Shown: positions 50,922 through 60,575 of the stretch, piece by piece
Numbering within the stretch: the stretch's first letter is position 1
Layout: every line of letters starts with the position of its first letter
Source of the DNA: an uncultured delta proteobacterium
GTDB lineage: Bacteria > Desulfobacterota > Desulfobacteria > Desulfobacterales > SG8-13
Direction of reading: 5' to 3'
DNA: 64,000 nucleotides
Assembly: GCA_963848135.1 (NCBI GenBank)
Contig: CAWKCK010000018.1
Location: 572,938 to 636,937, forward strand
The notes under the pieces: generated by a model
What the model was told of the DNA's origin: nothing
Seen by the model: the letters and a program-made list of their open reading frames with translations, nothing else
Database searches by the model: none
Program-made: the position numbers and the translations under genes

Positions 50922-52181
50922 TCAGTGCTTATTAATCGTTTTGGGTACACTTTCCATGATCTTATCAAATTCGATCCGATCCTGTTTTTTGGTCTTCATA
51001 TTTCGCAGGACAGCGGCGCTTTCCTTGATCTCATTATCACCGATTATCATCACGAAATTCGCGTTCAATTTATCGGCCCGCTTCATTTGACTCTTGAGGC
51101 TTCTGTCGCCGAAATCCATCTCGGTCCAAAGCCCCAGCTCACTCCAGCGAGTACTCCACAGAAACGCCAGCTTTTGCCCCTCTGCGCCCAGCGCGGCCAC
51201 AAACAGATCCGGTGATTTCGGTTGCGACCGTTCTTGCTGTCCCACTATTTCTGCGAGTCGATCCAGGCCGATGGCAAAGCCGGTGGCCGGCATATCGGGA
51301 CCACCGAGTACTTTTACCAGTCCGTCATAGCGGCCGCCCCCGGCAACCGCGCTCTGGGCGCCAAGTGCTCCGGTCTGAATCTCAAAGGTCGTGCGCGTAT
51401 AATAATCAAGCCCCCTGACCAGGCGCTTGTCGGTTACATATTCAACACCGAGGCTGTCGAGTGATTCGCGAACCCATTCGAAATCACGGCGGCAAACTTC
51501 ACACAAATGGTCGAGAATGGACGGGGCATCGATCATCGCCTGCCTGCAGGAAGGCACTTTGCAATCGAGCACCCGCAGTGGATTGCGCTCCCGCCTTCTG
51601 CGGCAGTCTCTGCAGAGACTGTCGTTAACATCTAAAAGGTAACCGGCCAAAGCCTGGCGGTATTGCGGACGGCATTCAGGGCAGCCAAGAGAATTGATGT
51701 GGGCTTTGACATCGACAACATCGAGCCGTTTCAGCAACGTCATCAACAGAAAAATCAACTGGACATCGATCAACGGCGAAGCCACGCCGAAGACTTCGGC
51801 ATTTATCTGATAGAACTGCCGATAACGCCCTTTTTGGGGGCGTTCGCGACGAAACATGGGGCCGATGGTATAGAATTTTTGGACCGGGTCTGCCGCATAT
51901 ATGCGATGCTGAATATAGGCACGAACAATCGAGGCCGTTGCCTCCGGCCGCAGGGTAATCAACTCACCTTTGCGGTCTGGAAAAGTGTACATCTCTTTCT
52001 CGACGATATCGGTATCTTCCCCGATGCTGCGGGAAAAGAGCTCCGTGCGTTCCATGATTGGAATCCGGATTTCACTGAAACCAAAATCTTCGAAAAGCGC
52101 AGCAGCCGTTCGCTCGATTCGCTGCCAGGTTTCGATTTCCCCCGGTAAAATATCCTTGAACCCTCGTATCAGTTGTATCAT
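50922..52181 (-). CDS. hisS: Histidine-tRNA ligase
   Basis: LRPEATA, RERPQKGRYRQF, RGLDYY and GGRYDGL motifs. Confidence 0.97.
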   Translation of the reverse strand: MIQLIRGFKDILPGEIETWQRIERTAAALFEDFGFSEIRIPIMERTELFSRSIGEDTDIVEKEMYTFPDRKGELITLRPEATASIVRAYIQHRIYAADPVQKFYTIGPMFRRERPQKGRYRQFYQINAEVFGVASPLIDVQLIFLLMTLLKRLDVVDVKAHINSLGCPECRPQYRQALAGYLLDVNDSLCRDCRRRRERNPLRVLDCKVPSCRQAMIDAPSILDHLCEVCRRDFEWVRESLDSLGVEYVTDKRLVRGLDYYTRTTFEIQTGALGAQSAVAGGGRYDGLVKVLGGPDMPATGFAIGLDRLAEIVGQQERSQPKSPDLFVAALGAEGQKLAFLWSTRWSELGLWTEMDFGDRSLKSQMKRADKLNANFVMIIGDNEIKESAAVLRNMKTKKQDRIEFDKIMESVPKTINKH

Positions 52182-52414
52182 AGCGGATCAATCTGCGGTC
52201 TGTTTAGAAAACCGCCGGTTGCAGGGTTGCAGTTATGCGTAAACCGTAATTATTAACTTAGGAATTATAGATTCGTCAACCCTTTATACACAACTGCAGA
52301 ATAAACTGTTGTTTCGCACCTGCCCGGATCGGCATTGCAGTTTGCAATATCCCATGCTAATAGGTTTCCGGTGCCAATTTCAATCCAACAGGAGTATCCT
52401 GGAGATTTCCTATC

Positions 52415-54064
52415 ATGCGTTCAGACATCCTCAAAAAGGCCGTAGAGACCATCCCTCACCGGGCATTGCTCATGTCAACCGGACTTCGAAAAGAAGATTT
52501 TACGGACAACAAGCCGTTTATCGGTATCGCCAACAGTTACAACGATATTATCCCCGGCCACGTCCATCTCAATGATCTTACCCAAGAAGTAAAAAGAGGC
52601 ATCCGGGATGCCGGCGGGGTCCCCTTCGAATGGGGGGTCCCAGGCGTCTGTGACGGTATTGCCATGTATGCCGAGATGCGGTTGAGCCTGCCCAGCAGGG
52701 ACCATATAGCGGACAACATCGAAATCATGGCACTGTCCCACTCTCTTGACGGCTGGGTCGGCGTGACCAACTGTGACAAGATTACACCCGGTATGTTGAT
52801 GGCCGCCGGGCGCCTGGACCTTCCGACCGTCATTCTCACCGGCGGACCGATGAAAGCCAACGTCATCAAAGGCAAGAAGTATCACCCGATCATGGGTTTC
52901 GGCCTGGTGGGAGAAGTCAAAGCCGGTAAGATGACACTGGCAGAGGCCGAGGACCTTCTCCCCTGCATGGTTTGCGGTGCCGGTTCCTGCGTCGGTCTAT
53001 ACACCGCCAACACCATGGCGGTGGTCACTGAGGTCCTGGGCATGTCGCTTTCCCGATGCGCCACAACCCTGGCCGGAGACGCCCTCAAAAAGCGGCAGGC
53101 GTATGATTCCGGGCGGAGAATCGTCGAACTGGTGAAACAGGGCCTGACACCCCGCAATATCATGACAGCGGCGGCGTTCGAAAATGCCATCCGGGTCGAT
53201 ATGGCTATGGGCGGGTCCACAAATACGGTTCTTCATATCCCTGCCGTGGCAAAGGAGACCGGTATCGATATCGATGTGGATATGTTTGACCGAATTTCCC
53301 GCGAAACCCCGCACCTGTGTTCCATTATCCCGGCCGGGCCCTACGAAATGGCAGATGTGGACGCCGCCGGCGGTATCCCGGCCGTTCTTAACCGGTTGCA
53401 AGATCTGATAAATGACGGCGTGACGGTCGCCGGTCCCAGTATATCGGATATGGCAGCCAGCGGTGACATCCGGAATCCCGAAATTATCAGGGGCCTGGAC
53501 GATGCCTACCATGCCGAGGGCGGTATCGCCGTACTTAAAGGCAACATCGCCCATAGCGCAATAATTAAACAGACGGCCGTCGACAGCGATATGCTGGTAC
53601 ATCAAGGGCCGGCGAAAGTGTACCACTCGGAGAAGGCACTGCTGAACGACATCGAAACCAAACGTATCGCCGAAGGCGATGTGTTGGTGCTGCCGTTTCA
53701 AGGGCCGGCGGGAGCGCCGGGCATGCCGGAAATGTTGACGCCGACCGACGCCATCAAAGGCGCCGGTTACAAACGGGTCGCCCTGATTACCGACGGTCGT
53801 TTTTCGGGAGCCACTTCGGGTCCCTGCATCGGGCATGTTGAAATGGAAGCTTATAACGGTGGCCCGATCGGCGCCATTCGAAACGGGGATGTCATCGACA
53901 TTGACATTCCCGGGCGTAGATTGAATGTCAAGCTCGAAGAGAATGAAATTCGGCGACGACTTGTCGAACTAAAACCGCCTGAAAGAACGATGACATCACT
54001 GTTGGGGCGCTTCCGGGGGGCTTATAACGGGGTCAACTGTTATGGCAGGAAGGCTCAGTCCTAG
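52415..54064 (+). CDS. ilvD: Dihydroxy-acid dehydratase
   Basis: CDG, CDKITPG, TANTM, GGSTN, GMPEM and TDGRFSG motifs. Confidence 0.93.
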   Translation: MRSDILKKAVETIPHRALLMSTGLRKEDFTDNKPFIGIANSYNDIIPGHVHLNDLTQEVKRGIRDAGGVPFEWGVPGVCDGIAMYAEMRLSLPSRDHIADNIEIMALSHSLDGWVGVTNCDKITPGMLMAAGRLDLPTVILTGGPMKANVIKGKKYHPIMGFGLVGEVKAGKMTLAEAEDLLPCMVCGAGSCVGLYTANTMAVVTEVLGMSLSRCATTLAGDALKKRQAYDSGRRIVELVKQGLTPRNIMTAAAFENAIRVDMAMGGSTNTVLHIPAVAKETGIDIDVDMFDRISRETPHLCSIIPAGPYEMADVDAAGGIPAVLNRLQDLINDGVTVAGPSISDMAASGDIRNPEIIRGLDDAYHAEGGIAVLKGNIAHSAIIKQTAVDSDMLVHQGPAKVYHSEKALLNDIETKRIAEGDVLVLPFQGPAGAPGMPEMLTPTDAIKGAGYKRVALITDGRFSGATSGPCIGHVEMEAYNGGPIGAIRNGDVIDIDIPGRRLNVKLEENEIRRRLVELKPPERTMTSLLGRFRGAYNGVNCYGRKAQS

Positions 54065-54121
54065 CCGGCAGGATGCAGAGAGCACTGTCCAGCTGTGAAA
54101 AAGGCCAGTGATGGGCACCCG

Positions 54122-57121
54122 CTAAATGGTGTGCAACGTCAGCGGACGATCAAGCTTCTCATTGGCGGTCTTCAGCTGTGTCTCCCCTGATATGACAGCC
54201 ACGGCCTGCGCGTCCCGGTCACCATCAAAATATTTGCTGGCCGCTTCTTTCACCCGGCGGATATTCAAGTTCAATAGGCGTTCCTTGAATTGCTGCCGGG
54301 CGTCATCCGAAAGGTGGATGATCTCACGATAAAAGGCCTTGCGGGCTGCCGGCCCCGGCGGATCGGGCTTGTCGATTTCGGAACAGACCTGCAACACGGC
54401 TTCGTCGATATCCGTGTCGCTGTATGCATCTGATAATACAAAGGCGGCCGCATTGTTGAACACGTTTAGAGTAGAAACAATGTGCGGATCCCTGTACGAT
54501 GCCAGGCAAAACAGCCCGTCTTCCGGGCTGTACAGCGAAAACCCGCCGTAGGCCCCACCTTTCTCTCGAATCTCGCGATGGAGGTAAAGCGACCGCAGGA
54601 ATTTACCGATAACCGCCAATGCCGGAGCATCGGGATGCTCCATCCTGACGGTTTCAAAAGCCTGGGCAACGAAGGAAACGGCCGATGACGTGCTCCACCC
54701 CTCCCGGACCGAACCATCGGAAGCAGATACATTCGGTGGCCGGAAGGCGTCGCCAATACCCTCGATCCCCGATGGGTTATGTAATCGCCGGCAAATGTCT
54801 ATCACCGACGGCGTGGCCGATGCGATTACACCTTCTTCTCCGATCAGTGCAACCTTCAAGTTGTCCCTGAAAAATACCGACCGCCGAATAGTCGCCATGT
54901 TTTCAGCCAGCTGGGCAAGTTTGGTATCTGTTGGGGATTCTGTAAGTTCCTTGATTGCTTTTATTTGCGATACACCGGACCAGAGTTCACTCAAGTTCCG
55001 GGTAGTGGAAAAATTGCGGCTCGCGAGTGAAATGGCCAGGCGATGTCCGTTGTGAATGACCATTGATTCGAGAGATGCCCTATACTCCATCAAGAGGTTT
55101 TTCAAGCGGCTCAAATTGGAAAAATCACTATTGAAAATCAGCTCTTCGACAATAGCCAACATCGGGTCCTGATTGCGGTCGAGGCTCTTGGCGTTGAATG
55201 ATAAAAACGGAATACAGTTCCCCTCGTCGTCGAAACGGGTTCTGGAATGCGCGGCCAGGCTGACACCGCCTGTGTATAGGTCAATGCGATTGGCCATCGC
55301 GGTGTAATCGTATTCTGTGGTTCCGATTTTTGGTAATGTGTAACAAAAAAAAGGAACGAGAGGGACCAGGGCCGGCGGTATCTGTCCGGCACCGGCAGCG
55401 GTCGCAAAGTAGAAGATCCCCGATGTTCTCTGTTCGTAGGCGGTAACCGGAGCATCCGTGGTTATCTCACGACCGGCAATGCGCGGGACGTCTGCCGGAA
55501 CATCGGTTCGTGACAGTGTCGGCAAACAGGATATGTCTTCTTCGGTCTCCTGTATTTTCTCCAAAGCTTTGGCATCAGCAAAGATTTTGTCGATATCGGA
55601 TTTCTGTAACCGGGTACCCAGTTGCGCCAACTCCCGGCCAACCCTTTTTTCTTCCTTTACTGCCATCTGTTGATCGGGCAGCAATCTGAAGAGAAGACGG
55701 TGGTTATTGCCGAGCAGGTATTTCCGGATACACTCTTCGAAGATGCCCCCTTCGGCCACCTTGCGATGGATCCACTTGAGGTCGTCATCCAACCGCAGCC
55801 TTTTCAACGGATCGCCACCGTGAAGCCAAATTCCGGCGATGATGAGCAACTGTTTAATGCCATATGGAAATGGTGTATTGGTCACCTCCTTACGGTGAAA
55901 CTCGAGCTGGTGTAAGGCCGACGCGATCATGGCTTCATCAATACCTTCGGTTGCCAGACGATCGAGAACGCCGAAAATGACCGCCTGGAGTTGTTCCGCC
56001 GCCGAGGCCTGCATATCTTTGAGGCCGGCGACAAACATGGTGTCACGGTTGTCGGCATCGAATCCGGCCGCATCACATAGCGCCGTACCCAGCTGTGAGT
56101 CAATCAATGCTTTTTTCAGTGGGGAGCCGGGATTACCAAGCAGTATCTGCTCCAAAAGCGCCAGTGCTAAAACTTCGGAACTGTCACGAATATCAGCTGT
56201 GAGCCAGGCAATGCAGGCCTGACATTTGCTTGCCGGATCTTCGTTCTCCGCCAGAGGGTAGTAAAACGTGGCTTGGCGCGGCTCATGCCAGCGTGGTTGG
56301 GGTGATACCTTCGTGTCGGGCTGGATACGCTTGAATTTTTTAAGGATTTTTTCTTCGATAAACGCTAACTGGTCTTGCAACGGCTGGTTTCCGTAAGTAT
56401 AGAAATAAGCGTTGCTGGGATGATAGTGGTGTTTATGAAATGCCTTTAATTGCGCGTAAGTCAGCTGCGGAATCACGGATGGATCCCCGCCGGAATTGTA
56501 GCTGTAAGTAGTGGAGGGATAAAGCGATTTGAGCAAAGACCGTGCCATTACCTGGTCGGCAGACGACATGGCACCTTTCATCTCGTTGTACACGACACCC
56601 TTGTATATCAACTGCGGCGAGGCTTCGCCACCATTTACCTCTCCGGTTGTCTCCAGACGGTGCCCTTCCTGTTTGAAACTGAGTTCTGCGAGTTTCGGGA
56701 AAAAAACCGCATCGAGGTAGACGTCCATGAGGTTGAAGTAATCTCTGGAGTTCTGGGTTGAAAACGGGTACATTGTCCAGTCCGAGGCAGTGAAGGCGTT
56801 CATGAAAGTGCTCAAGCTGCGCTTGAGCATCGAGAAGAAGGGATCGCGCACCGGGTACTTTTCAGAACCGCACAGAACCGTGTGCTCCAATATATGCGCA
56901 ACACCGGTCGAATCCTTTGGAATGGTTTTAAATGCGACGGCAAATGTATTTTCCCGGTCGTCATTGCTGAGGTGGATATGCCGGGCACCGCTGGCGGCGT
57001 GCTCGAGTTCATAAAAGAAAATCCCAATTTCCTCAACCGCTTCAATTCTCTTGACGGTATATCCGCCGAAAGACCACTGTGGATGAATACCGGGGTTGTT
57101 ACGGTCCTTTTTTTGATCCAT
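54122..57121 (-). CDS. M16C insulinase family peptidase (PreP-like)
   Basis: HILEH, FMNAFT, REKGGAYG and SYRDP motifs. Confidence 0.93.
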   Translation of the reverse strand: MDQKKDRNNPGIHPQWSFGGYTVKRIEAVEEIGIFFYELEHAASGARHIHLSNDDRENTFAVAFKTIPKDSTGVAHILEHTVLCGSEKYPVRDPFFSMLKRSLSTFMNAFTASDWTMYPFSTQNSRDYFNLMDVYLDAVFFPKLAELSFKQEGHRLETTGEVNGGEASPQLIYKGVVYNEMKGAMSSADQVMARSLLKSLYPSTTYSYNSGGDPSVIPQLTYAQLKAFHKHHYHPSNAYFYTYGNQPLQDQLAFIEEKILKKFKRIQPDTKVSPQPRWHEPRQATFYYPLAENEDPASKCQACIAWLTADIRDSSEVLALALLEQILLGNPGSPLKKALIDSQLGTALCDAAGFDADNRDTMFVAGLKDMQASAAEQLQAVIFGVLDRLATEGIDEAMIASALHQLEFHRKEVTNTPFPYGIKQLLIIAGIWLHGGDPLKRLRLDDDLKWIHRKVAEGGIFEECIRKYLLGNNHRLLFRLLPDQQMAVKEEKRVGRELAQLGTRLQKSDIDKIFADAKALEKIQETEEDISCLPTLSRTDVPADVPRIAGREITTDAPVTAYEQRTSGIFYFATAAGAGQIPPALVPLVPFFCYTLPKIGTTEYDYTAMANRIDLYTGGVSLAAHSRTRFDDEGNCIPFLSFNAKSLDRNQDPMLAIVEELIFNSDFSNLSRLKNLLMEYRASLESMVIHNGHRLAISLASRNFSTTRNLSELWSGVSQIKAIKELTESPTDTKLAQLAENMATIRRSVFFRDNLKVALIGEEGVIASATPSVIDICRRLHNPSGIEGIGDAFRPPNVSASDGSVREGWSTSSAVSFVAQAFETVRMEHPDAPALAVIGKFLRSLYLHREIREKGGAYGGFSLYSPEDGLFCLASYRDPHIVSTLNVFNNAAAFVLSDAYSDTDIDEAVLQVCSEIDKPDPPGPAARKAFYREIIHLSDDARQQFKERLLNLNIRRVKEAASKYFDGDRDAQAVAVISGETQLKTANEKLDRPLTLHTI

Positions 57122-57149
57122 CGCTAAATCCTTCTTCCCTCTCTATTTT

Positions 57150-57539
57150 CTATTTGGCAATGTAAACGCCGCGGCTCACCCGTTCAATTGAACCGTTTTT
57201 ATTCAGCCGAAAAATAATGTTGCGAACCTTTTTGTCATCAAAACCCGTTTTGGCTTTGATTTCCGGCATCCCGGCCCCCTGTTTCAGTCCGCGAATCACC
57301 TCCAGGACCTGCTCAACGGCAGAAGAACTGGTTCGCGACCATGGTTTTCTAGCCGTGCCGGAACTCGCAGCGGATCGGCGCTTACGCCTTGTCGATTGAA
57401 TCGATTTGATTTGCTTTTCGATCTGATCCAAACGGGTCATCAAGCGTTCGACATCTTTGGTTGTGGGTATTTTGTAATTGTGTATGAAAAATTTTACCAT
57501 TGCATCAAAACTGATGTTTTTTGCCTTGCGCTTTGCCAT
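57150..57539 (-). CDS. Basic hypothetical protein with a coiled coil and probable C-terminal winged HTH
   Basis: 129 aa; GGAGG RBS; ..IKAKTG..VRNIIFRL..RGVY. Confidence 0.7.
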   Translation of the reverse strand: MAKRKAKNISFDAMVKFFIHNYKIPTTKDVERLMTRLDQIEKQIKSIQSTRRKRRSAASSGTARKPWSRTSSSAVEQVLEVIRGLKQGAGMPEIKAKTGFDDKKVRNIIFRLNKNGSIERVSRGVYIAK

Positions 57540-57764
57540 GGAGATCCTCCTCTACGAAAAGGGTGACAGCAAATGTATTTTTCCAAAAAGAGAAAAACCG
57601 AAATAGCAATCTGCTAAAACTATTGAACATCATATTAAAAGTCAAGCCGCTGAACGTTTAGACGATTACAGGTTTCAACACCAGTTTTAAATTAATTTTA
57701 AGACATTATAAATTAAAATGATTAGATGGCTCACTTTAACCCAAATTGAGCGATTTTCAAGTTT

Positions 57765-57856
57765 GCCGCAGGTACAAGGGAAATGTCGTTCCGCTATAGT
57801 GAGCTATACAGGACGGCATTTGACGCCGTAGATGCGGTGACCCGCCTAAGGCGGAT
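57765..57856. repeat. REP/MITE-like palindromic element
   Basis: aaatgtcgttc..tatag-tgag-ctata..ggacggcattt hairpin plus ccgcc-taa-ggcgg. Confidence 0.45.
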
Positions 57857-58171
57857 AAAAATTGGAAATCCCGGAGGGTTTTATATTATCGAAATTCCGA
57901 CGGGCAGAATTCCTTATTTTTATTGGTGATTTTCATATTTCAAAAATATGAAACGCTAAATTTGGGTCTAAGTAAAAATTCCTGCCAGTCGCGACACCGC
58001 CGCTTGATTTAATATTTATATTGCTTTTCAACAATGAATTCCGAACAACGGCAAGTATTTTTGACAACCACGATATAAGCTGATTTAATCCGATAATTTC
58101 ACAACTCTTTTCAAAAAGAGGCTCAAGTGTAACCTTGAGCACCAGAAAGCCAATTATGAAAGGCGCCGGTT

Positions 58172-59050
58172 ATGACCTCACCCCACGCACTTCTTAAGGC
58201 CTGGAACATCCGGGCAGACAAACGTCTGGGCCAGAATTTTCTGACCGATCCCGCCACTGCTGCAAAGATTGTGGCACACGCAGGCGTAACTCATGGAGAT
58301 GTCGTCCTGGAAATCGGAGCGGGCTTAGGAGCGCTGACCATACCGGCAGCCCGATTGGCTGCCAAGATGTGCGCCGTGGAAAAAGATGCTCGCCTCGTGG
58401 ATCTGCTGAAGGCCGAACTCCTGGCAAACAATATTACCAACGCCACCCTTTTGAACAGGAACATCCTTCAAATCGATATCCCCGCCATCGCGGCCGAATC
58501 CAGCAGAAAACTGATCGTCCTGGGCAACCTGCCATACAACATTTCCTCGCAGGTCCTGGTACAGTTAATTTCTTCTCGATCCGCCGTTAAACGCGCCGTG
58601 CTAATGTTTCAATTGGAACTGGCCCAACGTTTGACGGCCGCTCCGGGCGGGAGGGACTACGGTCGCCTTTCGGTAATGATTCAATATTGTGCGACAATTC
58701 GGACCATTACCCGCGTATCTGCAAACCAGTTTACACCACGGCCGAAAGTGGACTCGGCCGTTCTGAAAATAGATTTTAACAAGTCGGAAGGCCTCGATGC
58801 CGATGACGAACTTTTTTTCTTCAGTGTAATTCGGGCAGCATTCGGAAGGCGCCGTAAAATGTTGAAGAATTCTCTGGTAGGTAGTGAGCTGGGGATCGAC
58901 CCCGATGTCGCCCGGCAGGCCCTTGCAGACGCACGCATTGAATCGTCACGACGCGCCGAAACATTGGATGTGTCAGAGTTCCTGGCGCTCAGTGCCAGCC
59001 TGAAAAAGTTGTTTCATCGGTCATCCGCCGCTGGTGAAACCGGCCCTTAA
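58172..59050 (+). CDS. rsmA: 16S rRNA m6,2A dimethyltransferase
   Basis: LGQNFL, EIGAGLG, NLPYNIS and PRPKVDS motifs. Confidence 0.96.
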   Translation: MTSPHALLKAWNIRADKRLGQNFLTDPATAAKIVAHAGVTHGDVVLEIGAGLGALTIPAARLAAKMCAVEKDARLVDLLKAELLANNITNATLLNRNILQIDIPAIAAESSRKLIVLGNLPYNISSQVLVQLISSRSAVKRAVLMFQLELAQRLTAAPGGRDYGRLSVMIQYCATIRTITRVSANQFTPRPKVDSAVLKIDFNKSEGLDADDELFFFSVIRAAFGRRRKMLKNSLVGSELGIDPDVARQALADARIESSRRAETLDVSEFLALSASLKKLFHRSSAAGETGP

Positions 59051-59201
59051 ACCGCGGCGGATCTCGAAAATATCCGTATCGTGGGGCACAATGGATACTA
59101 AAATGGCCGTGATAGACACCCGGAAGTTTTGCCCGTGATTACCGGATTGTGCAATTTACGCAGTTTCGGCGCTTGCATGTCCTGCCATTGTCCCCATTAC
59201 T

Positions 59202-60479
59202 CTACATGTGATCGGCCACACTGACCGTCCGATCGCCGAGCATATTTACGTAACTGCCCATCTCGTTATCATACCAACCGTAAATAACCGCCTGCGTAAC
59301 GGGAATCCTGACTATGGTATTGCTTAACTGCTCGATGACACGCTTATCAAGACTGGAAACATTTGCTAAATCAATGCTGGCTTCCGCCGTACGGGTGTGG
59401 GTTTCATACCCTTCGATGATGGCCGCCGCTCGCGGGACACCGACGATATCCCCTGAGACATTCTGCTTATCTGAATAGTGCAAGTATCCATTCGGATCGA
59501 TGGCGGCCGCCTGGCGGTAGACGTCATTGACGACCTTACGTCGAATGAGTTCCTGATCCGGTTCTTCCTGGAGGTCTACCACCAGAATGATGAGCGACCC
59601 TGTAGCGATCGGGACGCGTACGGATTCGGCGATAAAACCAATCTGCTGCATTTCAGGGATGACTAGCCGCAAGGCTTTGGCCGCACCGGTCGTGGTCAGA
59701 ATAATGTTGTTCATGATACTACGATTTTTTCGCAGATCTTTCTTCCCCGCTTGTGGCAGGCGGTCTAGAACTGCCTGTGAGCCCGTGGCGGCATGGACCG
59801 TAGCCATCGAAGCCGTCAGGATTTTCTGGGGTCCGAAGTGATCTAATAAAGGTTTTATCATATGCGCCAAACAGGTGGTTGTACAGGATGCGTTGGAGAT
59901 GATGCGGTGGCGGCGGGGATCATATTCATTGGTATTGATCCCCATGACTGTGGTGACAGCGTCTTGGGGTGTTGAACCTTGCACTTCCGATTTTTTATCC
60001 TTCATTTTAAAAGGTGCCGAGACGATTACTTTTTCGGCACCGGCCTCGAGATGGCCGCGAACACTGCCCCCCAGATGGTCTGGTGGCAGTGTTGGGTCCA
60101 AAAATCGCCCGGTCGTGTCAACCACCAGCCGAACCCCGTTCTTCCGCCAGGCAATTTCAGACGGATTCCGGTCTGACCGCAGAATTTTGATCCGTACACC
60201 ATCCGCCACAATGGAACTGTCCGATTCATTGATATCGCTGATTACCCGTTCCGCTGCGTGACCGTGAAGGAATGTGCGCAGCAATCCATACGACGAATCC
60301 CGTTCGAGGTAATGGGCAATGTCTGCCAGGGAGGTACCGGCATTGCGGCCGATATTGACCACAATTCCGCTGAAATACTTGCGACCGATGTGGTGCCATA
60401 CAGTCAATTTTCCAATTCGCCCCAGCCCGTTAACACCGAGAATTAACCCTTGATTACCGCTTTCCGCAGTCATGTTCAT
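59202..60479 (-). CDS. Glyceraldehyde-3-phosphate dehydrogenase, divergent long form
   Basis: GVNGLGRIG, SNASCTT, TTGAAKA, RVP and WYDNE motifs. Confidence 0.88.
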   Translation of the reverse strand: MNMTAESGNQGLILGVNGLGRIGKLTVWHHIGRKYFSGIVVNIGRNAGTSLADIAHYLERDSSYGLLRTFLHGHAAERVISDINESDSSIVADGVRIKILRSDRNPSEIAWRKNGVRLVVDTTGRFLDPTLPPDHLGGSVRGHLEAGAEKVIVSAPFKMKDKKSEVQGSTPQDAVTTVMGINTNEYDPRRHRIISNASCTTTCLAHMIKPLLDHFGPQKILTASMATVHAATGSQAVLDRLPQAGKKDLRKNRSIMNNIILTTTGAAKALRLVIPEMQQIGFIAESVRVPIATGSLIILVVDLQEEPDQELIRRKVVNDVYRQAAAIDPNGYLHYSDKQNVSGDIVGVPRAAAIIEGYETHTRTAEASIDLANVSSLDKRVIEQLSNTIVRIPVTQAVIYGWYDNEMGSYVNMLGDRTVSVADHM

Positions 60480-60575
60480 CGTCTCCTTATTGATTTATCG
60501 GCTGTATACCGCTTCTCAAAATTAGACTCCGAAATACGGTAGTCTCCTTTTGGCTTGAAAGGTGAAATCTTCGCG